Origin: Myxococcota bacterium
GTDB taxonomy: Bacteria > Myxococcota_A > UBA796 > SXON01
Length of the DNA: 64,000 nucleotides
Assembly (NCBI GenBank): GCA_040386535.1
Contig: JAZKFH010000025.1
Coordinates: forward strand, 64,001 to 128,000
Direction of reading: 5' to 3'
This document shows positions 50,616 to 60,118 of the stretch, in pieces. The notes below the pieces were generated by a model, which was not told the DNA's origin, did no database searches, and saw only the letters and a list, made by a program, of their open reading frames with translations. Position 1 is the stretch's first letter. Each line of letters starts with the position of its first letter. The translations under genes and the position numbers were made by a program.

Positions 50616-51911
50616 ATGGAAAAGCGGGCGATCCAACGGGCCCTCGTGGCGTGTCGGGGCGAGGCTGGGGCCTCCGTGGGGCGGCGGCTGGAGGCGGTCG
50701 ACGTCGAAGCGGTGGCGCTTTATGCCGACGCGGATGCCGAGGATGCCTGGCTCGACGAGGTCTCCTACGCGGCGCGCATCGCGACGGACGAGGGCGCGGA
50801 TCCCTACCAGGACGGCCTGCGAATCGTGAGCGCCGCGTTGGACGGCGGCTGCGACGCGGTACACCCCGGCTTCGGCCCCATGGCTCAGAACGCCGAGCTC
50901 GCGCACATGACGGCCAACGTGGGGCTGGCCTGGATCGGCTCCCCGCCGCCCGTGCTCGAGGCGTGCGCGGACCGGGTGGAGCTCCGCCGCCTTGCGCGGG
51001 AGGCCGGCTTCCCCACCGTGTCCTCCAGTCCCGCCCTCACCCACGCCGCGGATGCCGAGGTGTGGCTCGCGAAGCTTGGGGCGCCGCTCCGCATCGCGCC
51101 CGCGCAACGAGGCACCCGGGTTCCCGCGCGCCACCTGACCGACCTCTCCGCATTTTCGACCGTCGCTCCCCCGCTCCCCTTCGTGGTCGAGCGCGCCCTG
51201 CGCCCCGCGCGCCACGTGATCGTCGGGGTCCTCGGCGATGGCGCGGGCAACGCGATCCACATCGGGGACCACGAGCGCTCCCTCTCGCTCGGCGGCCGCG
51301 TGCGGGTCCGCGAGAGCCCGGCGCCGGGGCTCGACGAGGGCCTGCGCGAGCGCATCGGAGACGCGGCGGTGCGCCTCGCGCGCGGGTTCCGCCTCGTGGG
51401 GGTGGGCGCGGTGGAGTTCCTCGTCGGGAGCGACGGTCACTGGTGGTTCCACGACCTGACGCCCGCCCTGTTCGAGGGGTACGCGCTCCACGAAGAGGTG
51501 TACGGGCTGGACCTGGTGCACGCCCAGATCCGGCTCGCCTCGGGCGAGACGCTCGGCTGGGAGCAGGCCGAGATCTCGTCGGCGGGCTGCGGGATCGAGC
51601 TGCTGGTCTGCGCCACGGGGGCGGGCACGCTGGAGGAGCTGGTCTTCCCCGAAGGGGCGATTGTCTCGACCGCGACGGGGACCGGTGCGAACGTCGATCC
51701 CGCCCGCGACGCCGTGCTCGCGCGCCTCGTCGTGGGCGGGCCGCTGCGGCACGCCGTGCTCGTGCGCGCGCGCGCCGTGCTCGAGGGGGCCCACATCGTC
51801 GGCGTGCCCCACGACACGGGGACGTTGGTTGCGCTGCTCTCCGACACCCGCGCCTGGGCGGGAAACACGGACACCGAGCTGCTCGCGGAGGTGGCCGCCG
51901 CCCGGTCGTAG
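50616..51911 (+). CDS. Biotin carboxylase (ATP-grasp) homolog with degenerate active site
   Basis: ACRGEAG, DAVHPGFG..AQNA, WIGSPP, RHV.V.VLGD..GN, G.GAVEFLV, GLDLV..QIRLASG. Lacks the K-x-GGGG loop and the EMNxR motif. Confidence 0.8.
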   Translation: MEKRAIQRALVACRGEAGASVGRRLEAVDVEAVALYADADAEDAWLDEVSYAARIATDEGADPYQDGLRIVSAALDGGCDAVHPGFGPMAQNAELAHMTANVGLAWIGSPPPVLEACADRVELRRLAREAGFPTVSSSPALTHAADAEVWLAKLGAPLRIAPAQRGTRVPARHLTDLSAFSTVAPPLPFVVERALRPARHVIVGVLGDGAGNAIHIGDHERSLSLGGRVRVRESPAPGLDEGLRERIGDAAVRLARGFRLVGVGAVEFLVGSDGHWWFHDLTPALFEGYALHEEVYGLDLVHAQIRLASGETLGWEQAEISSAGCGIELLVCATGAGTLEELVFPEGAIVSTATGTGANVDPARDAVLARLVVGGPLRHAVLVRARAVLEGAHIVGVPHDTGTLVALLSDTRAWAGNTDTELLAEVAAARS

Positions 51912-51993
51912 CCTCCTCGTAGCCGGGGTCGCGGCGCTCCGCGGTCGGGCGCGGGGCGTCCGGAGCGCGCGAGGATGCTATGATGCGCCCGCC

Positions 51994-52920
51994 GTGAGCG
52001 AACGTCTGGAAGAGATCTGCTCCATCGAGCTCCCCACCGGGGAGGCGGTGGGAGTGCATCGTCGGCGGTTCACCGGCGGCGCCGGTCCGCACGTGGCCGT
52101 GGTCGCCGGCGTGCGCGGGGACACGCCGGAGGGCACCCGCGTCGCCCATGCGGTCGGGCGCCATCTCTCGACACACCACGAGCGGCTCTCGGGCACGGTC
52201 GACGTGTATCCGTGCGTCAATCCCCTGGCTGCGCACCACGGCGCGCGCCACTGGCCCGCGTTCGACGTCGATCTGAACCGCAGATTTCCAGGGCGCGCCG
52301 ACGGGCACGCTCCCGACCGCGTCGCCCGCGCCTTGACCGACGCGGTGCGCTCCGCCGATCAGGTCATCGAGCTCCGCGGAGCCCACCCGGCGTTCCGGGA
52401 AGAGACACAGGCCCACGTGCGGCACGATCAGCCCCTCGCCCTCGAGCGGGCGCTCCGCGCCAACGTCCGCGTCGTCTGGCGCCGCTCGGCGGATCTCGAA
52501 GGCACCGGCACGCTCGCGGGGGAGGTCCCCGGGCTCATCTGCCTCGAAGGCGGCGTGGGGAACCGGCTCACGGACGGCGTCGGGCTCGAGCTCTGCGACG
52601 GCGTGCTCAACCTGCTCGTCGTGCTCGGCGTGCTCCCGGAGGACGCCCTCCCGTTCCATTGGGCCGCGATCCAGCGCCCGCTCGTCGCCACGGATGACGA
52701 CGTGGTCCGCGTCCGCGCCACCCGCGGCGGCCTGTTCCTCCCGGCAGGCCGCATGTGGGCCGAGGTCGAGGTGGGCGCGCCGCTCGGGGAGGTCGTGGAT
52801 CCCATCGGCGGGGAGACGAGGGAGATCGTGACCGCGCCCATCGCCGGCCGCGTGCTCGCGCTCCGCGAACAGCCGGTGGTCTACCCCGGGAGCCTCGTCG
52901 CGCGGCTGGTGGCCTCATGA
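51994..52920 (+). CDS. M14/AstE-AspA family protein lacking zinc ligands
   Basis: GVRGDT and IELRG replace HGxE and DxH; retains NPL, DLNRRFPG and CLEGG. Confidence 0.82.
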   Translation: MSERLEEICSIELPTGEAVGVHRRRFTGGAGPHVAVVAGVRGDTPEGTRVAHAVGRHLSTHHERLSGTVDVYPCVNPLAAHHGARHWPAFDVDLNRRFPGRADGHAPDRVARALTDAVRSADQVIELRGAHPAFREETQAHVRHDQPLALERALRANVRVVWRRSADLEGTGTLAGEVPGLICLEGGVGNRLTDGVGLELCDGVLNLLVVLGVLPEDALPFHWAAIQRPLVATDDDVVRVRATRGGLFLPAGRMWAEVEVGAPLGEVVDPIGGETREIVTAPIAGRVLALREQPVVYPGSLVARLVAS

Positions 52921-53810
52921 GCGTGATCTTCCGCCTCGAAGCGCCCTACCGCGGCGAGTACAACCTGCACCGGCTCACGTTCGGCGGCAGCGGGCCCGCG
53001 GCGGTCGCGATGGTGGCCGGGCTCCACGGCAACGAGGTGAACGGCATCCAGGCCCTCAACCTCGTGGCGGGCATGCTCCGGGTGATGCGGCCCAAGCGGC
53101 CGGTCCACATCCTGCCTTGTGTCAATTCCATCGGCGCGGACGAGGCGCGGAAGCGCTGGCCCTTCGACGATCGCGACATCAACGCAGCGTTCCCCGGCGA
53201 TCCCGAGGGCGCCGCGGTGGAGCGCATCGCGGCAGCGGTGATGGAGGGAACGGATGCCGAGCTCTGCATCGACGTGCACTCCGGCGCGACGACGGTGCGC
53301 GAGCATCCCCACGTCCGCGTGCCGCTCTCCGGCCAGGAGCTCGAGCACGCGCGCGCGATGATGCTGCCCGTCGTGTGGCGGCGCCGCGGGGATCGCTACG
53401 AGGGCGGGCTCGTCGGGGCGTGGCGCGGCGCGGGCCGCGAGGCCATGCAGGTGCGCGGCGGGCGCGGGCTCACCCTCGACATGGACGACGCGACCACGCT
53501 CGCGCGCGGCCTCGTGCGGCTGCTCGCGCACCTCGGGCTCATCGGCCACCAGGACGCGGGGACCCCGTCCCACGACACCGACCACGTGCAGGACTATCGG
53601 TCGATGGCGGGGGGTTTCTTCGTACCAGAGGTCCAGACGGGTGAGCGCGTCGTACACGGCAAGCTGCTCGGCCTCGTGCGCAACCCGCTCGGCGGCGAGC
53701 CCATCGAAGAGATCCGCGCCCAGAAAGGCGGCCTCGTGCTGGCCGTGCGCGTCTACCCGATGGTGCACGCCCAGGAGCTGGTGGTGCGGATCGCGGAAGA
53801 CGCGACGTAA
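52917..53810 (+). CDS. M14/AstE-AspA family protein
   Basis: GLHGNE, DINAAFPG, IDVHSG; ATGA-coupled to the previous gene. Confidence 0.85.
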   Translation: MSVIFRLEAPYRGEYNLHRLTFGGSGPAAVAMVAGLHGNEVNGIQALNLVAGMLRVMRPKRPVHILPCVNSIGADEARKRWPFDDRDINAAFPGDPEGAAVERIAAAVMEGTDAELCIDVHSGATTVREHPHVRVPLSGQELEHARAMMLPVVWRRRGDRYEGGLVGAWRGAGREAMQVRGGRGLTLDMDDATTLARGLVRLLAHLGLIGHQDAGTPSHDTDHVQDYRSMAGGFFVPEVQTGERVVHGKLLGLVRNPLGGEPIEEIRAQKGGLVLAVRVYPMVHAQELVVRIAEDAT

Positions 53811-53854
53811 CGACGGCTTCACGGTGACGCGCCGCTGTGGCGACGGAGGGGCGG

Positions 53855-55981
53855 ATGCTCGGATTGTGGCTGAAGCTCTTGATCGGGGCGGCATGGGCGA
53901 CTGGCGGGCTCGTGGAGACCGGCGAGATCGACCTGACGGGCACGGCGGACGAGGCGGTGGCCGGCGCACGCGCGGCGCTGGATGCCCGGCGCTTCGAGGA
54001 GGCGGCATCGGCCTACGGCGCCATCGCGGACGCCGGGGGCGGGGCGGCCGCGCGCGTCGCGCAGGCGGTGGCGCTCTACGAGAACGGAGAGCTGCGTGAG
54101 GCCCGCGCCTCCGCCGAGCAGGCCCTCGCCAAGGACGGCAAGAACGTGGCCGCCCTCAACGTGCTCGGGCTGGCCCTCGTCGACAGCGGCGCCGTCGAAG
54201 CGGGTATCGCGAAGCTCGAAGCCGCCAAGGCCCTCGCGTCGGGCCCGTGGAAGGCGCGCATCCTCGTGAACCTGGGGCTGGCCCTGCTCGACCGGGGCAC
54301 GGGAGAGGCGGCCCGGGCCGCGCTCGTCGAGGCCCAGGGGCTCACCGGCGGGGACGCCCGCCTGAACGGCGCCATCTCGGACGCGCTCGCCGCGGTGAAC
54401 GGCCTGACCGGCAAGGACAACGGCGTCGGGCCGATGCTCGGCCGGGGGGACGTGAAGGGCGCGCGTTCGCAGGCCGAGAAGGCGACCGGCGGCGCCACCA
54501 CCCGGCGGGATCGGGTGCTCGCCGGCATCCAGCTCGCGGCAGTGGAGCGCGCCGAGGGCAACCTCGACGCGTCGGCAAAGCGCCTGGAGGCGGTCATCCG
54601 CGAGGCGCGCGAGGCCGGCATGGTGCGCGAGGTGGCCGTCGCGATGGGCAACCTCGGGCTCGCCCAGACCCTCGCCGGGCGCCACCCGCTCGCGGCGGAC
54701 GCACTGCGGGCCGGCGCGGCGCAGGCGAAGGACGGCGGCTACCGCGTCGTAGAGGTCGATCTCCGCTGTGAGCTCGGCCTGGCGCTCGTCAACCAGGGCC
54801 TCGCGGACGCCGCGGAGGCCGAACAACGCGCCGCCGGCGCTCTCCTCGCCGGGATGGACTACCCGCAGGGCGTCGCGCGCCAGGCAGAGCTGGGCGGGCG
54901 TATCGCCTCGCTCCGGGGCGACACGGCCACCGCCACCAAGGCGCTCTCGCAGGCCGTGACCTGGCACGAGGGCCTCGGGCGCTGGATGGACGCGGCGCGC
55001 GTCGCCACGGCGCTCGCGGGGGCGCTGCAGCCCACCGACGCCACGCAGGCGCAGAAGTGGGGAACGCGCGCCGAGGGCTTGTTCGTGAAGGCGGGGGACG
55101 CGCTGGGGCCGGCCCACGTGGCGATGGCCCGTGCGCTCGCCGACGCCCGCGTGAAGCGCCTGGAGCCCGCGCTCGCCGGCTTCGCCCGCGCCGCCGAGGC
55201 CGCGGAGAAGGTCGGCGGCGGCCGCGGTAGCGCGGTGGCCCGGATTGCCCGCGAGAACGCCGCCCAGACGCTCGTGATGCTCGGCCAGTCCGAGGACGTG
55301 GCGCGGCTCGCGGCGCAGGCCGGGATCGCCGACATGATGCAGCGGCAGGTCGACCTGAAGGCCGCCTTCAGTGACTACGACGCCGGGCTCGCCTCCTACG
55401 ACAGCGGCAAGTGGGCGGACGCACGGACGCGGTTCCAGGCCGCCCGGCAGGCCTTCGACAAGCTGGGCGAGCCCGGGTACGCGATGCGCGCCCGGCGCGC
55501 CGCGGCGTGGAGCGTCTACAACGCGACGGTCGCGCTCCCCACCGCGAAGGCCTACCCGACCTGGACGCAGCTCGTCGAGGAGACCGCCAAGCTCGAGGAC
55601 CCCGAGCTGTTCGCGCGCACCTACGCCGCCTCGGCGCTCGGGGCCCACGCGCTCGCCCAGGGAGACCCGAAGGACCGCCTCGCCGAGTGCTCACGGCTCG
55701 CGGAGGCGGCGGGGCTGCGGGAGGTGAGCGCGCGCTGTCACGGTGCCCTCGCCGAGCGGGCGGGGGAGCTGGACGACCGCGCAAAGCACGCCCGCGCCGC
55801 CCATGCCCTGGCCGCCGCGGACACGGCGACCGTCTACGCGCTGTACGTGGTCGCGGTCGACGCGTACAACGCGGGTCGGAACGACCTCGCCTTGGAGCTC
55901 GGCGCCCTCGCCCGCCCCAACGCCGGCTCGCTCGCGGTCTCTCTCGACGAAGTGCTGACGGCGGCAAAGCAGGAGCGGTAA
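53855..55981 (+). CDS. Secreted tetratricopeptide repeat protein
   Basis: Signal peptide; many TPRs ('ALNVLGLALVDSG', 'LVNLGLAL', 'MGNLGLAQ'). Confidence 0.82.
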   Translation: MLGLWLKLLIGAAWATGGLVETGEIDLTGTADEAVAGARAALDARRFEEAASAYGAIADAGGGAAARVAQAVALYENGELREARASAEQALAKDGKNVAALNVLGLALVDSGAVEAGIAKLEAAKALASGPWKARILVNLGLALLDRGTGEAARAALVEAQGLTGGDARLNGAISDALAAVNGLTGKDNGVGPMLGRGDVKGARSQAEKATGGATTRRDRVLAGIQLAAVERAEGNLDASAKRLEAVIREAREAGMVREVAVAMGNLGLAQTLAGRHPLAADALRAGAAQAKDGGYRVVEVDLRCELGLALVNQGLADAAEAEQRAAGALLAGMDYPQGVARQAELGGRIASLRGDTATATKALSQAVTWHEGLGRWMDAARVATALAGALQPTDATQAQKWGTRAEGLFVKAGDALGPAHVAMARALADARVKRLEPALAGFARAAEAAEKVGGGRGSAVARIARENAAQTLVMLGQSEDVARLAAQAGIADMMQRQVDLKAAFSDYDAGLASYDSGKWADARTRFQAARQAFDKLGEPGYAMRARRAAAWSVYNATVALPTAKAYPTWTQLVEETAKLEDPELFARTYAASALGAHALAQGDPKDRLAECSRLAEAAGLREVSARCHGALAERAGELDDRAKHARAAHALAAADTATVYALYVVAVDAYNAGRNDLALELGALARPNAGSLAVSLDEVLTAAKQER

Positions 55982-57297
55982 TGCGGATTCGAAAGCTGGC
56001 GAAGGATCTGGAGACGGACGAGACGGCACTCATGGAGATGCTCCGCGGGCTCGGCCACGTCCGCTACACCGATCCGGAGCAGCAGCTGCCTGGGGCCATC
56101 GAGGCCCAGCTGCGGCGCCACGCCCGCGACCTGCCGAAGACCCCCCCGCCGCAGCCGTTCCCGACCGCGCGCGCGCGCCCCCTGCCGGACGCCGAGCCAG
56201 ATCTCGCGCTGTTCGAACGCGCCATGGCGACCGTCCGCCCCATCGGGCCGCAGCCCAAGGCGCCCCCGCAGGCCGCGCGAGCCGTCCGTGCCGCGCCCGT
56301 GAGCCCCCCGCGCCCGCCGGCGGGCCCGCCCGTCGAGCCCCATCGGGGCAAGGTGCCGGAGATCGGCGCCCCGCGCCGCGTCGTGTCCACGATCCCGGCG
56401 GCCGCGCCGACCTCGGCCGCGCCGGTGTCCACTCCTCCGAAGGTGCTCACGACGAAGCCCGCCGCGACAGTCGGCTCCGTGCCGGCAGCCCGCGCGCCCG
56501 ATCCCGCCGAGCGCGCCGCCGTCGCCGAGGCACGCCTCGTCGACGAGCAGGCCCGCGTCAAGGCGCTCGAGGTCCGCCTCGCGGACGCCGAGGCGCGCAT
56601 CGAGGCCGCCCTGACGCGTGAAGCCGACCTGCTCGGCCGCGCGGAGACCCTCGCCAGCTCGCTCGAAGAGGTCGACAGCCACCGCCGTCAGCTCCAGCGC
56701 GACGCCGGCGCGGTCGTGGAGCCCCCCGAGACCGCCACGCTCGGCGCCTGCTTCGAGCGCCGCGGGCTGCTCGGCGAGGACGAGATCGCGTCGGCGTTGC
56801 GGGCCCTGCTCGACGGGCACCGCGCGGCGGAGCTGCTCCGCATCCGGGTAGCCGAGCCGGACCGCCTCGAGGAGCTGCTCTGGGAGCGGATCCTGCTGCT
56901 CGGGGAGGACGAGCCGCCTCCGCCCGGCGTGGTCGCCGTGCGCGTCCCGCCCGAGCGCAGCGAAGGGCGCCAGTCCTCCGCCAACCGCGCCGCGATGAGC
57001 CGCTTCTCGACCGCTTGCCTGGTGCACAACATCAAGTGCATCGTCATCGTCGGCGGCTCCCCCGCCTACCACCGCACCCTCCGCGACGGGCTCGATCCCC
57101 GCCTCGACGTGCGCCTGATCCCCGGCAATCGCCGCGGTCGGGTTCCCCCTGTGCCGACCGCCGACATCGTCATCCTCTGGGCGTCGACCATCCTCGATCA
57201 CAGCGTGTCCGCGCAGTTCCCGCAGGGGGTCGTCATCCCGCACCGCAGCGTCGCGCGGATGCTCGGCGCCGCCACGGAGTGGATCGAGCGGCGTTAG
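55981..57297 (+). CDS. Hypothetical protein: IF2-N-like N-terminus, Pro-rich linker, coiled coil, DUF2325-like C-terminus
   Basis: MRIRKLAKDL....LMEMLRGLG; 'IVIVGG...ADIVILWASTILDHS'; TAATG coupling. Confidence 0.72.
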   Translation: MRIRKLAKDLETDETALMEMLRGLGHVRYTDPEQQLPGAIEAQLRRHARDLPKTPPPQPFPTARARPLPDAEPDLALFERAMATVRPIGPQPKAPPQAARAVRAAPVSPPRPPAGPPVEPHRGKVPEIGAPRRVVSTIPAAAPTSAAPVSTPPKVLTTKPAATVGSVPAARAPDPAERAAVAEARLVDEQARVKALEVRLADAEARIEAALTREADLLGRAETLASSLEEVDSHRRQLQRDAGAVVEPPETATLGACFERRGLLGEDEIASALRALLDGHRAAELLRIRVAEPDRLEELLWERILLLGEDEPPPPGVVAVRVPPERSEGRQSSANRAAMSRFSTACLVHNIKCIVIVGGSPAYHRTLRDGLDPRLDVRLIPGNRRGRVPPVPTADIVILWASTILDHSVSAQFPQGVVIPHRSVARMLGAATEWIERR

Positions 57298-57371
57298 CCC
57301 GCGGGTTGACGGCGCACCTGCCAACCGGCACATTGCACGCCCCTGTTGCCCCCGCCCCGTGAGGTTCGTCG

Positions 57372-58004
57372 ATGGCCCTGTTTCCGGAAGGCCGCCGCTC
57401 GCTGACCGCGTACGCCTACAACATGGGCCCTGCGGTGATGTACCAGCCGGCGTACCGGTTCATCGCCGCCGACATCGGGCTCGAAGCCGGGGCCTGGCTC
57501 GACATCGGGTGCGGGCCGGGCTGGTTGTGCATCCGGGCGGCCGCGGGGCACCCCGAGCTCGACGTCGTGGGCATCGACACGTCGGAAACGATGCTCTCGC
57601 TCGCCGAGGCGAACAAGCGCGGGCGCCTGAACGTCACCCTCCGAAAGATGGACGGCGCGCAGATCATCTACCCGGCGGGCACGTTCGACGTCGTGACCGC
57701 CGTGCAGGCTGCGCACCACTGGGCCGACCCCGGCCCCATCCTCGCCGAGGCGTACCGGGTGCTCACGCCCGGCGGCCGGCTGTTCCTCTACGAGGCCGAT
57801 CCCGACGGGGAGATCCCGCCCGACTGGGTGCACCGCCGCGCCGGGTGGCCGCCCGACGCCGTGCTCCGCCGTCGGTGGCGCCGCTACGGGATGGACCAGG
57901 CCCGGTGGGACGCGCTCAAGGCGCACGTCGCGGCCTCGCCCTTCGAGGACAGCGTCGAGGACGAGCGGCACGGCTTCTACCGTCGGCTGGTGTGCACGCG
58001 CTAG
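57372..58004 (+). CDS. Class I SAM-dependent methyltransferase
   Basis: LDIGCGPG, GIDTS..ML, FDVV...AAHHW, LTPGG. Confidence 0.9.
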   Translation: MALFPEGRRSLTAYAYNMGPAVMYQPAYRFIAADIGLEAGAWLDIGCGPGWLCIRAAAGHPELDVVGIDTSETMLSLAEANKRGRLNVTLRKMDGAQIIYPAGTFDVVTAVQAAHHWADPGPILAEAYRVLTPGGRLFLYEADPDGEIPPDWVHRRAGWPPDAVLRRRWRRYGMDQARWDALKAHVAASPFEDSVEDERHGFYRRLVCTR

Positions 58005-58876
58005 TCCTCGCGGTTGGCGTGCTGGGATGCGCCGCGCCGCTCGTGCCCGGGGAGCAGGTCCTGGGCGTCGAGAAGGTCGCCGCGTTCACGTTCGGCGAGC
58101 CCGGGGACCACCTGGGCGCGTCGGTCGCGGCCCGAGGAGCGGCGTGGTTGGCGTCGGCACCGGGATCCAACCGGACGTGGCGCGACGGGGTCGCGGGGGA
58201 TGCGCCCTCCGTGTGGGTGGGTTGGTGGGGAGAGAGCGAGGTCCTCGTGAATGGCGCGGGTCACGTGACGGTGGACGGCGAGCTGCGCTTCACCGTGCCG
58301 GGCGCCACCGGGTGGGCGGCGAGCGCGTCGGGGGTGGTGGCCGCCACGCCCGAAGGCCTGCACTTCGTCGACCGTGCGCGCGTGGTGCCGGTCGAGGGGC
58401 TCGAGGCCGTGGCGCTCGGGAACGAGCGCGTGCTGGGGCTGGTGTGCGGTCCCGCGGGGTGCGAGGGCCAGGCGTGGTCGCTGGAGGGGGTGTCGCTCGG
58501 GCCCTACGCCGAGGGGGGCGAGGGGGGCGCGGTGGGGGAGTGGGACGGGCGAGCGTGGGCGGGCGCGCCCGCGTGGGACGTGCCCGAGGGCCCCGGCGAG
58601 GTGTGCGCGGAGGACGGGACCTGCCGCGCCGGCCTTCCCGGCGATCACCTCGGCGCGGCGATCGGGGGCGGGTACACCGCGGGCACGTTCAACAAGTGGA
58701 CCGTGCCGCCGCGCGCGCGCTTCGTCCCGCTCGACGACGGCGAGGTCTACAGCCTGGAGAGCGGCGCCGAGTTGCAGCCGCTCGCGCTCGCGGGGGACGA
58801 CACGCTCGTCATCGGCGCGCCCTACATGCCGGCGCACGGCGAACCGTCGGGCGCGGTCGTGACGGTGCCACGGTGA
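57992..58876 (+). CDS. Lipoprotein with degenerate FG-GAP-like repeats
   Basis: VLGC lipobox; 'GDHLGASVA', 'GDHLGAAIG', 'LVIGAPY...GAV'. Confidence 0.68.
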   Translation: MHALVLAVGVLGCAAPLVPGEQVLGVEKVAAFTFGEPGDHLGASVAARGAAWLASAPGSNRTWRDGVAGDAPSVWVGWWGESEVLVNGAGHVTVDGELRFTVPGATGWAASASGVVAATPEGLHFVDRARVVPVEGLEAVALGNERVLGLVCGPAGCEGQAWSLEGVSLGPYAEGGEGGAVGEWDGRAWAGAPAWDVPEGPGEVCAEDGTCRAGLPGDHLGAAIGGGYTAGTFNKWTVPPRARFVPLDDGEVYSLESGAELQPLALAGDDTLVIGAPYMPAHGEPSGAVVTVPR

Positions 58877-59655
58877 GCGTGCTCGATCCGCTCCTCGTGT
58901 GCGCGGGGGTGGCGGCGTGTGTGGTGATCGCGGTGGGAGCGGCGTCCGCCGCGGGGGCGGCGTGGCGCGTCGTGCGGCGGCCGCCGGGCGGGCTGCTCGA
59001 GCCGCTGCTCGCCCTGGTCGGGCTCGTCGGGACCGCCTCCGTGTTGACGTTGGGCCTGCTCCTGTTGTGGCGCGTGCCGTGGGGCGGCCCCGACCATCCA
59101 CCGGCGATCGGCGATCCGCTGTTCGCCGCGTCGCTCATCGGGACCGTCGGCGGGCACCTCGCGGTGTTGGCGTGGGCGCGCGCCCTCGGGGCGCCCGTGG
59201 CCGCGGTCCGCACCACCCCGCGCTGGATGCTCGTGGGCGTCGCGGCGGGCTTCGCGGGGTTGTGCTGCTCCGCCATCTGGTCCGAGGCGGCAAGCACATT
59301 CGGCTTTCCGATGGCGGACCAGGAGCTCGTTGCGACGGTGCTCGGCGCCGGGCCGAGCGCTGGACGTATCGCGACGGTGTTCTTCGTGGTCGCCATCGCG
59401 CCGGTGCTCGAAGAGCTCGTGTTCCGCGGCTACCTGCAGACCGCGATCGGCGCGAAGGTCGGCGCGGGGATCGGCGTCGTGACCACCGCCCTGCTCTTCG
59501 GGCTCTTCCACCTCGCGGACCCGGCTGTCGTGCCCGTCCTCACGGGCATCGGGCTCCTGCTCGGCTGGGTGCGCCACAAGAGCGGCTCGGTGTATCCGGC
59601 GATGGCCGGACACCTCGTCAACAACCTCGCGGCGATGGCGCTCGCGATGGCGTGA
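58873..59655 (+). CDS. CPBP (CAAX/Abi) family intramembrane metalloprotease
   Basis: APVLEELVFRG, FGLFH, HLVNN; multiple TM helices. Confidence 0.88.
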   Translation: MSVLDPLLVCAGVAACVVIAVGAASAAGAAWRVVRRPPGGLLEPLLALVGLVGTASVLTLGLLLLWRVPWGGPDHPPAIGDPLFAASLIGTVGGHLAVLAWARALGAPVAAVRTTPRWMLVGVAAGFAGLCCSAIWSEAASTFGFPMADQELVATVLGAGPSAGRIATVFFVVAIAPVLEELVFRGYLQTAIGAKVGAGIGVVTTALLFGLFHLADPAVVPVLTGIGLLLGWVRHKSGSVYPAMAGHLVNNLAAMALAMA

Positions 59656-59677
59656 TCGGGACCGTGGCTCGAGATCC

Positions 59678-60118
59678 TCAGACCGCCGCGAGCACTTCCT
59701 GCGCGTGACCGGCGACCTTCACCGGATCCCACACGCGCTCCACGACGCCGTTCTCGTCGATGAGAAACGTGACGCGGGCGATGCCCATGTATTTTCGGCC
59801 GTACAACGTCTTCTCGCGCCACACGCCGTAGGCCTCGCACAACCCGCCCTCGTCCGTCACGAGGGTGAAGGGGAGGCACTGCTTGGCCTTGAACGACGCG
59901 TGCTTCTTGGCCGTGTCCTTGCTCACGCCGAGGATGGTCACGCCCTTCGCGGCGAAGGCGCCGTGCAGATCGCGGAAGCCCTGGGCCTCGATCGTGCATC
60001 CCGGCGTCGCGTCCTTCGGGTAGAAGTAGAGGACCACCTTCTGGCCGCGGAGCGACGCAAGGGAGAGGGTGCCGGCGTCGGTCGGGGCGGTGAACAGCGG
60101 GGCGGGCTGGCCGATCAT
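59678..60118 (-). CDS. bcp: Bcp/PrxQ peroxiredoxin
   Basis: VVLYFYPKDATPGCTIEA, GVSKD, RVTFLIDENG. Confidence 0.92.
   Translation of the reverse strand: MIGQPAPLFTAPTDAGTLSLASLRGQKVVLYFYPKDATPGCTIEAQGFRDLHGAFAAKGVTILGVSKDTAKKHASFKAKQCLPFTLVTDEGGLCEAYGVWREKTLYGRKYMGIARVTFLIDENGVVERVWDPVKVAGHAQEVLAAV

Noticed and set aside
50616..51911. Calling this gene accC, or a pseudogene
   Set aside because: The catalytic motifs are missing, so accC is unsupported. The frame is intact with normal codon usage, so pseudogene is also unsupported.
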